Shown here: one piece after another, positions 25,480 through 32,000 of the stretch
Layout: every line of letters begins with the position of its first letter
Position numbering within the stretch: the first letter of the stretch is position 1
Source: Planctomycetota bacterium
Lineage (GTDB): Bacteria; Planctomycetota; Phycisphaerae; UBA1845
Length of the DNA: 32,000 nt
NCBI GenBank assembly: GCA_030616775.1
Contig: JAUWWQ010000046.1
Coordinates: 1 to 32,000 of the forward strand
Direction of reading: 5' to 3'
Notes under the pieces: model-generated
What the model was told of the DNA's origin: nothing
Database searches by the model: none
What the model saw: the letters and a program-made list of their open reading frames with translations, nothing else
Made by a program: the position numbers and the translations under genes

Positions 25480-27846
25480 GTGACGCCGAACATGCTACGA
25501 GACCGAAGAGCGATCGTTCCAGTGATGGTGACGCTAATCGCAGCCGGATGTGCCGGCTCTGACTATAGGGTATCTCGCTATGGAAAGGAGACCTGGCGGC
25601 CTGTCTCCGATGCTGCCGTCGCCAAGGCGCGGGAAGCTCGGGTCCCGAAGATTCTTCCCGAGACCCACTTCGCCGCAGCCCGGTTGTTCGAATCGCAGGG
25701 CGACTTCCGCAGGGCAGTCACTCAGTATCGCAAGGCCATCGCGGTGAACCACAGCTACGTTGAGGCTTATCACCGTCTTGGTCTGCTGCTGAGCATGACC
25801 GGCCAGCGCCAAGAGGCCGTCAACACTCTTCGTCGCGCCGTTGCACTCAGACCCGACAGCGCAATCCTGCACAACAACCTGGGTTTTGAGCTGGTGCTTG
25901 GCAGACGTTGGAGGGAGGCACAGCGCGAGTTCTTGCGGGCGATCGAACTGCAGCCCGACTTCGCTCGCGCATATATCAATCTGGGGATCGTCCAGAGCAA
26001 ACTGGGGCGGTTTGACGATGGTGTAGCAAGTTTTCAGGCCGTTCTTCCCCAGGCCGACGCGTATTATAACCTGGGCCTGATGTACCGCGGCCAACGGCGC
26101 TACAGCGAGGCAACAAAGGCGTTCCAGTGGGTTCTGTCGCTCAATCCCGACTTTATCGCAGCCCAAAGACAGTTGGATCAGATCGCATCGCACACCGGGC
26201 CCGAAGGGCTGCCTGAGGGTGAGACCCGCGTGGCTGAACTTCCGTTCGATGCGGTAAGCGCTGCCCCGCCGACCCAAGCAGCACCCCAAAGACAACTGAC
26301 CACGGCGGAGGCCTTCGATGAAACGGTCGAAACAGAAGGTGCTCGAGCACCAACACCAACAACGGTAGCGCACCGCGCACCAGACGCATCGTCGTGGAAC
26401 CGGGTTCTCGCCCGGCTGGAAGAGACCCTTCCGCCCTCCGACGGCGCTAGTACGGTGCGGCCGTCGTCCCATACTGACAGAACAAAGAGGAACCAGACCG
26501 TCAGACCTTGGACAGTCGATCAGCCGAGGTCCCCTTCACCGGTCAATAAGGGCAGATCGGCGGGACCCCGTGTCGATTCTGAGCAAACGTGGGCCGACTT
26601 CGAAGCCTTGGCCTTCGCCAGCGAGGCCGAAGACGCGGTCTCTCAAGAAGTATGTTGGGGGGAACCGGCCACGCCCGCCTGCGACGCGACAGCGGTGGAT
26701 GAGTATACGTCAAGGGACTTCTTCAGCAATAGACCTCTGAGCATTACCGAGCCGAGGGAAGCGGACGTGGTGGGAGACTGGCCCGAGGCTGCCGCCTGGG
26801 CGACGGAACCTTGGATGGATGAGGAACCGTGTGAGGAAGATGTTCTCCTGGTCGACGCGGACGCGGCGATGTTCCTGGCCCTGCGGCCAAGTTCCGAGGG
26901 AGCACCAGCGATCCCCGGCATTCACGAAACCGTAACCCCGGTCGAGACATTCGAGCCGTTTGAAGCGGACCAACCCGCGCCGGACTTCTATGCCGCAGAG
27001 CGTACCTCGACGACTAATGACCAAGTGTCGTACGCTGAGACGGAGTTTGGGATGAGCACCGCTGATGCCGGCGAGGCAGGCGTGTGTCTCCTGGAGCCTG
27101 CCGATGAGCAGCCCGCCGCGCCGACCAGTTGCACAGACTCGTGGGCCCTTTTTCGGGAACTTGAGGACCAGTTGACGATCGTGCGCAACGAGATCGCCTG
27201 CTTGGATCAGTCCGGTGCGATGGTTGAAGCGATCACCTCGGCAGAGTCGACGGAGGTCCCAGCCACCGCTGCGTTTCCACCGATCTTGGGTACGGAGGAC
27301 GATCAGTTCATAGGTCCGCCGGCGGAACTGGCTCGCACACCCGAACTCACCCGGCGGAAGGCACGGCCGGCCCGGCTCGTCTCCGACGTGGCCAACGACG
27401 AAGCACGCAAGCAAAGCGATAGAGCCAAGCAGACCCGTAAACCGACCACCGACCTCAAGCGCAGGAGTCCGGTGGATAGGCAACATCCCGAACAGGCCGA
27501 CAGGCCGGCAGAAGACAAGCCCGCAAAAAGAAGAACTCCTACTGCGCGTTCAATGAGCCGGCGTGGGACGTTCCAGAATCTGGAACATGGATTCACGACC
27601 TTCCGCCACGAGTCAAGCGACTGGAATGCGACCGGTGCTTACGGATTCCCCACGGCAGCGCCTTTCGCCATTCTTGACATCGACGCCGATTTGCACCCGG
27701 AGCGAACCCCCAGAAGGATGTTCGGCTGGACCTGCCAACTACCGAAACCGTCTGATAACGCCGAGGAGTCCACGGTCCCGACGATGGATTTGTACTACGA
27801 CATTCGCGGGACCTGTGGCCACCACATCGGCCCATTGCCGGATTAG
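25480..27846 (+). CDS. TPR-repeat lipoprotein with long acidic low-complexity C-terminal region
   Basis: 788 aa; signal VMVTLIAAGCAGSD, then TPR units (AEAYHRLGLLLSMTGQRQEAVNTLRRAVALRPD...NNLGFELVLGRRWREAQREFLRAIELQPD...). Confidence 0.88.
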   Translation: MTPNMLRDRRAIVPVMVTLIAAGCAGSDYRVSRYGKETWRPVSDAAVAKAREARVPKILPETHFAAARLFESQGDFRRAVTQYRKAIAVNHSYVEAYHRLGLLLSMTGQRQEAVNTLRRAVALRPDSAILHNNLGFELVLGRRWREAQREFLRAIELQPDFARAYINLGIVQSKLGRFDDGVASFQAVLPQADAYYNLGLMYRGQRRYSEATKAFQWVLSLNPDFIAAQRQLDQIASHTGPEGLPEGETRVAELPFDAVSAAPPTQAAPQRQLTTAEAFDETVETEGARAPTPTTVAHRAPDASSWNRVLARLEETLPPSDGASTVRPSSHTDRTKRNQTVRPWTVDQPRSPSPVNKGRSAGPRVDSEQTWADFEALAFASEAEDAVSQEVCWGEPATPACDATAVDEYTSRDFFSNRPLSITEPREADVVGDWPEAAAWATEPWMDEEPCEEDVLLVDADAAMFLALRPSSEGAPAIPGIHETVTPVETFEPFEADQPAPDFYAAERTSTTNDQVSYAETEFGMSTADAGEAGVCLLEPADEQPAAPTSCTDSWALFRELEDQLTIVRNEIACLDQSGAMVEAITSAESTEVPATAAFPPILGTEDDQFIGPPAELARTPELTRRKARPARLVSDVANDEARKQSDRAKQTRKPTTDLKRRSPVDRQHPEQADRPAEDKPAKRRTPTARSMSRRGTFQNLEHGFTTFRHESSDWNATGAYGFPTAAPFAILDIDADLHPERTPRRMFGWTCQLPKPSDNAEESTVPTMDLYYDIRGTCGHHIGPLPD

Positions 27847-27887
27847 CGGACCGGTGTAAACCGAGAATCACGCGTAGGAACGGTCAA

Positions 27888-27919
27888 AGCGGGCACGCCT
27901 CAACATGGGTGTGCCCGCT
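27888..27919. terminator. Hairpin between convergent TPR and sirtuin genes
   Basis: AGCGGGCAC...GTGCCCGCT 9-bp stem followed on the plus strand by CTCATTT. Confidence 0.5.
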
Positions 27920-27945
27920 CTCATTTGCGCACATAGGACGCTCGA

Positions 27946-28698
27946 CTACGAGCTGACCTCGCAGCGTTCCAAGACAGCCCGCATGGTCTCCCCGATCGGC
28001 TCGCGGATTATCAGATCAGCCAGGTAGTCAAGTGGGGTTTCGGTATTGTTGATGATGGCCAGCGTGGCCCCGTGTTCCTTGCCCAGCCGCGGCAGAGACG
28101 CAGCCGGCTCGACAACCAGTGAGGATCCGATCGCCAGGTATACGTCGGCCTCCATCGACAGCCGGGTCGCCTCCTCCATCTCGCGCTCGGGCATGGGCTG
28201 GCCAAAAGAGACGGTCTTCGATTTGAGCGGTGCTCCGCACTCGTCACAGTCTGGTGCTTCGTCGCCGGCCTCGACCCGGACCAGCACCTCGGCAGGCGGC
28301 CATTCCTTACCACACCCGATGCACTCGACCATGCGGGCGGTGCCGTGAAGCTCGATAACTCGCCGGCTGCCGGCCTGCTGGTGCAGACCGTCGATGTTCT
28401 GCGTGATGACGGCGACGATCTTGCCGAGTTCTTCCAACCGGGCGATGGCCCGATGACCGTCGTTGGGCTCGGCCTGGCCGAACTCGCGGTGGAGCTGGAC
28501 ACGCATTTTCCAATAGCGCACCCGGGCCTCACGTGAGGCCAGAAACTCGTGATACATCACCGGCTTGTGCTTCGACCACACCCCGCCCGGACTGCGAAAA
28601 TCCGGTATCCCACTCTCCGTACTGATCCCCGCACCGGTAAAGGCAATACCCACCTGTGCGTTCTTGACAAGTCGGGCTAGGGTCTGAACCGTGGACAT
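27946..28698 (-). CDS. cobB: NAD-dependent protein deacylase (SIR2 family)
   Basis: GIAFTGAGISTESGIPDFRSPGG, ITQNIDGLHQQAG, HGTARMVECIGC...CDECGAPLKSKTVSFGQPMPE. Called ORF extends to 28758; ATG at 28698 (MSTVQTLARL) preferred. Confidence 0.93.
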   Translation of the reverse strand: MSTVQTLARLVKNAQVGIAFTGAGISTESGIPDFRSPGGVWSKHKPVMYHEFLASREARVRYWKMRVQLHREFGQAEPNDGHRAIARLEELGKIVAVITQNIDGLHQQAGSRRVIELHGTARMVECIGCGKEWPPAEVLVRVEAGDEAPDCDECGAPLKSKTVSFGQPMPEREMEEATRLSMEADVYLAIGSSLVVEPAASLPRLGKEHGATLAIINNTETPLDYLADLIIREPIGETMRAVLERCEVSS

Positions 28699-28944
28699 AC
28701 GACATGCATGATAGCAGGTCCCTGCCGTAACCGCAGCGCCCATCCATAACCGGATCAAAATGGTTGGGTGCGGTCCTGAAGTCTCCTGCTCGCGTGTGAG
28801 GCCCCAAAGCGCCCGATGTGGCGGAGCCTAACGTATCAGTGATAGGTCTTTTGCGAACTGTCGCGCTTCTGGAAAACGAGCCTTGAGCTGCGGCTTCGTC
28901 TCAGCGAACTCCTCTGCGAGCGTCTTGCCCGTCGCTCCACGTGA

Positions 28945-30918
28945 ATGCAGAAACACCAGGGTGGTTCGGCACTCACTGTGGCGGGAGGCGGGGTCGGTCT
29001 GCTAAGATGGGCGGCGATGGTCGAGCACGCAAGAGCCGTTGGACAGTCGGAGAGTAGTGGCAGTCGTGGAGCTGGAGTGCCACGCACTGGCATTGGGCGC
29101 GGCGACCGACGGAGGGCGTGGGCGGTGCTGGCCGTAGTGGCCGTGGCAGTGACTGTGCGACTGAGCTTCGAGATCGAAACGCATGATGTGCCAACAGTGC
29201 GTCACTTGGTCGGTGACGCGGCCGGATACTACCAGTGGGCGACGAAGATAGCGAGCGGCGAGTGGCTGGGGGATGAGTCGTTTTATCAGGCGCCATTGTA
29301 TCCGTATGTGCTGGGATTGTGGCTAAGGCATGCTGGGTGGGAGATAGGCGGGATTCGGCTATTGCAAGCGCTGTGGGGAGCGTTGGGAGTATGGTGTCTG
29401 TGTTGTGGCACGGCGCGGATATTGGGGTGGAGGACGGGGATTGTTGCGGGGGCGATGTTGGCAGTGTACGCCCCGGCAGTATTTTTTGACGGCATCGTGC
29501 AGAAGACCTCTTTGGGGTGTTTGCTGGTGTGTGTGCTGCTGGTGGTGATGGGATGGGCAGAGCACGCGAAAAGAGGCTACGTGGCGGCGGTGGTGATGGG
29601 CGCTGTGGCCGGATTGCTGGTGCTGACGCGCGAGAACGCGATCGTGTGGCTTCCGCTGGTCGGGATCTGGCTGTTAATGAGGGGAGGAAAGGTTACTGGC
29701 ACCGTGTCCAGTCGGAGGTTTTCGGGCAAGGGAGTGCTTCGGACTCTCCACGGCCGGCACGGGGACCGGCGGCTACACCGGGCATCGGACTCGTCAACGG
29801 GAAGCGGCACTGGGCGGAAGAGACTGGTGCTAATTGGAGGGTACACTCTTGGCTTAGCGGTGGTTCTTACACCTGTGGGCATACGAAACAAGGTGGTCGG
29901 TGGTGAGTGGTCGTTGTCCACGTTTCAGGCGGGGCCTAACTTCTACATTGGCAACCATCGCGGTGCAGACGGGCGGTATCAGCCGCTGGTTCGGGGGCAT
30001 GAAACGCCGGCGTTTGAGCGACAGGACGCCACGGTCTTGGCAGAGCGTGACTTGGGACGGACGCTTTCGCCACGGGAGGTTTCGCGCTACTGGATGGGGC
30101 GGGCGATGGGGGATATCCGGGATAATCCGCTACGGTGGCTGGGGTTGACGATTCGGAAGATGTTGATGGTCTGGAATCGTTATGAGGTTTCGGATGCGGA
30201 GAGCCTGGAGGTCTACAGAGACGACTCCGTGACACTGCGTGTGCTGGGCTCGGTATGGCACTTCGGGATTTTGTGTCCCCTGGCGGCGGTCGGGGTGGTG
30301 GCCACACGAAGTCAATGGCGGCGTCTGTGGATTTATTACGCGCTGATAGTGTCGATGGCATTGGCAGTTGCGCTGTTTTACGTGATGGCCCGCTACCGGT
30401 TTCCACTGGTGCCGCTGTTGATTCCCTTTGCAGCAGCCGGGTGCGTGGAGCTTTGGGATCGAATGCGTATACGGGCGTTTCAGCGGCTACTGGGGCCAGT
30501 CACTGTCGGACTGGTGGTAGCCGCTGTTGTGAACTGGCCGGTGCACGATGAGAAACGGCTCAATGCCATGGCCTGGATGAACGTGGGTGTAGCCTTGGCT
30601 CAGCAGGGTGAGGTGGAGGATGCGACGCATTATTTCCGCAAGGCGGTCAACGATCATCCTGAATCCGCGGAAGCCAACAACAATCTTGCTCAGGCACTGG
30701 CCCTTGGTGGAGACTACGCCGGGGCGATTCCACACTATCAGGCTGCACTCGCGGCAGAGCCGACGTTGATGGGCGTGGACTACAACCTGGCCGTGGCTTT
30801 GGAGCGGGTCGGTCGGTTGGACGAGGCACTGGTGCACTATCAGCGAGCTGTCGAGCTTGATCCGTCAGACAATGATGCCCGGGCGGGAATTGGGCGCCTG
30901 CGAGCGGATCGGCGCTAG
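28945..30918 (+). CDS. Membrane glycosyltransferase-like protein with C-terminal TPR repeats
   Basis: 657 aa; YYQWATKIASGEWLGDESFYQAPLYPYVLGLWLR, several TM helices, then AMAWMNVGVALAQQGEVEDATHYFRKAVNDHPESAEANNNLAQAL. Start uncertain. Confidence 0.8.
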   Translation: MQKHQGGSALTVAGGGVGLLRWAAMVEHARAVGQSESSGSRGAGVPRTGIGRGDRRRAWAVLAVVAVAVTVRLSFEIETHDVPTVRHLVGDAAGYYQWATKIASGEWLGDESFYQAPLYPYVLGLWLRHAGWEIGGIRLLQALWGALGVWCLCCGTARILGWRTGIVAGAMLAVYAPAVFFDGIVQKTSLGCLLVCVLLVVMGWAEHAKRGYVAAVVMGAVAGLLVLTRENAIVWLPLVGIWLLMRGGKVTGTVSSRRFSGKGVLRTLHGRHGDRRLHRASDSSTGSGTGRKRLVLIGGYTLGLAVVLTPVGIRNKVVGGEWSLSTFQAGPNFYIGNHRGADGRYQPLVRGHETPAFERQDATVLAERDLGRTLSPREVSRYWMGRAMGDIRDNPLRWLGLTIRKMLMVWNRYEVSDAESLEVYRDDSVTLRVLGSVWHFGILCPLAAVGVVATRSQWRRLWIYYALIVSMALAVALFYVMARYRFPLVPLLIPFAAAGCVELWDRMRIRAFQRLLGPVTVGLVVAAVVNWPVHDEKRLNAMAWMNVGVALAQQGEVEDATHYFRKAVNDHPESAEANNNLAQALALGGDYAGAIPHYQAALAAEPTLMGVDYNLAVALERVGRLDEALVHYQRAVELDPSDNDARAGIGRLRADRR

Positions 30919-31185
30919 CCTGGATTTTCGCCCGAGGGGATTCGCTCCCAATCCATTTGACCGCGCGGGCTCGTTGTTCGCACGGTATCCCGCTTTTTCG
31001 CCGGCGTAGGCAGATCCGTGGGCCTGTTCAGGAAGTGGGCGAGTATCGCTTCGCGTGATACCTGTGACCGGTCGTGCCCGTCTGCGTCTTGGTTCTTCAT
31101 CTCGGCTACTGAGTATTCTATCTGGATTTCTACGCGTAGCGCCAGCTCGGTGTGGCCCCACGGGCGGTCAGCAACCCGAGTCCCC

Positions 31186-32000
31186 TTACTCCTTCAGCGC
31201 ATACTTGTCGGTATCCGCAAGGAACTGTTCACGCCGTCTCCAGCTGGAGAACCAGTACCGGCGACCGAGATAGTCAACAGTAAACTTATCTTTGCCCTTC
31301 ATGTCCATACCCCTTTCTGCCTTGAAAACAGGGCAGTGCCCGTTGAGCGCGATATCTGCGCTGCTGTACTTGGACGGGTCAGACATGAACAGTCTCTTAT
31401 GCTCCGCTGATGAGAACACGTACATGCGATGTCCGTGCCACAGATGATAGTCAGGGATGCCAGGTACATCTTTGTGCTCTTCGACCTTACAGACAACGCA
31501 GTTCCCCCAAAGTACCGGAGAGAATGCGGCAGGACTCGCGCCGAAAACGGCTTTTTCACCAGTGGACGGAAAGAAATAGCGATGGGCGTCATAGATGCTC
31601 ACTATATCCGGTTTGCCGGGCAGCACTCTGTCGTGGCTGCGCATGCTGACGGGACAGTTGCCACCGAGCGCAAGGTCGGCGTCAGCATACTTCTCCGGTT
31701 CAGCCTGGAACATCTTCTGCTCTCTAGCCGATGGGAAGAGGTAGAGACGAGCGTCATGAACAACATGAAACGCGGCCTTGCCCGGAACGATGCGTCCTTC
31801 TTCTACCTTGCACACAACACAGTTTCCGCCTAAGGCTGGAACGTATGCGGTCTGGTTTGCATCAAACATCTTCTTCTTCTCGGCCGACGGGAACAGGTAG
31901 ATGCGGCTGTCATAGGTTGACGAGAACTCTGTGTTACCTTCAACCAGGATGCCCGTTGTGATGAGGGACACCGGACAGTAACCCTCAAGTGCGGGTGTGC
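31186..32000 (-). CDS. Multi-repeat YHS-like protein, N-terminus beyond the right edge
   Basis: Repeats such as FHVVHDARLYLFPSAREQKMFQAEPEKYADADLALGGNCPV and YHLWHGHRMYVFSSAEHKRLFMSDPSKYSSADIALNGHCPV. Reading frame stays open to the edge (TPALEGYCPVSLITTG...), so the called GTG start at 31971 is internal. Confidence 0.75.
   Translation of the reverse strand, partial: TPALEGYCPVSLITTGILVEGNTEFSSTYDSRIYLFPSAEKKKMFDANQTAYVPALGGNCVVCKVEEGRIVPGKAAFHVVHDARLYLFPSAREQKMFQAEPEKYADADLALGGNCPVSMRSHDRVLPGKPDIVSIYDAHRYFFPSTGEKAVFGASPAAFSPVLWGNCVVCKVEEHKDVPGIPDYHLWHGHRMYVFSSAEHKRLFMSDPSKYSSADIALNGHCPVFKAERGMDMKGKDKFTVDYLGRRYWFSSWRRREQFLADTDKYALKE

Noticed and set aside
25534-27486. Long minus-strand ORFs of 312 and 258 aa
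   Set aside because: Antisense to the TPR lipoprotein reading frame, which has clear TPR motifs.

Overview
This 32 kb window looks like a Planctomycetota-type genome segment (lineage is inference only). Its centre is a ~10.5 kb metal/metalloid island (about 6.4-17.0 kb). The strongest result is an adjacent hgcA/hgcB pair on the minus strand, the determinants of mercury methylation. HgcA (14161-15321) has the exact cap-helix signature NVWCAAGK plus a C-terminal membrane domain. HgcB (13750-14049) has two 4Fe-4S motifs, Cys73 and a terminal Cys-Cys. The pair sits between two arsenic-type modules: (i) arsR - ArsP/DUF318-type permease - thioredoxin - ArsF-like - ArsG-like genes, and (ii) arsR - ACR3. 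Upstream is a divergent Tat-dependent molybdopterin oxidoreductase + Fe-S subunit of the Arr/Arx/Psr/Phs clade, apparently a Tat lipoprotein. A shared 16-bp near-palindrome lies upstream of both arsR-1 and the molybdoenzyme. Both arsR genes appear to have operators overlapping the -10 and very short leaders. Flanking genes include a Ski2-like helicase, an uncharacterised three-gene operon with a PIN-like protein, an EF-hand/His-rich secreted protein, TrkA-N, folC, aroB, maf, an M19 dipeptidase, glycosyltransferase/TPR proteins, a sirtuin and a YHS-like repeat protein truncated by the right edge. No rRNA, tRNA, CRISPR array or transposase was recognised. All assignments come from reading the sequence; no searches were run.
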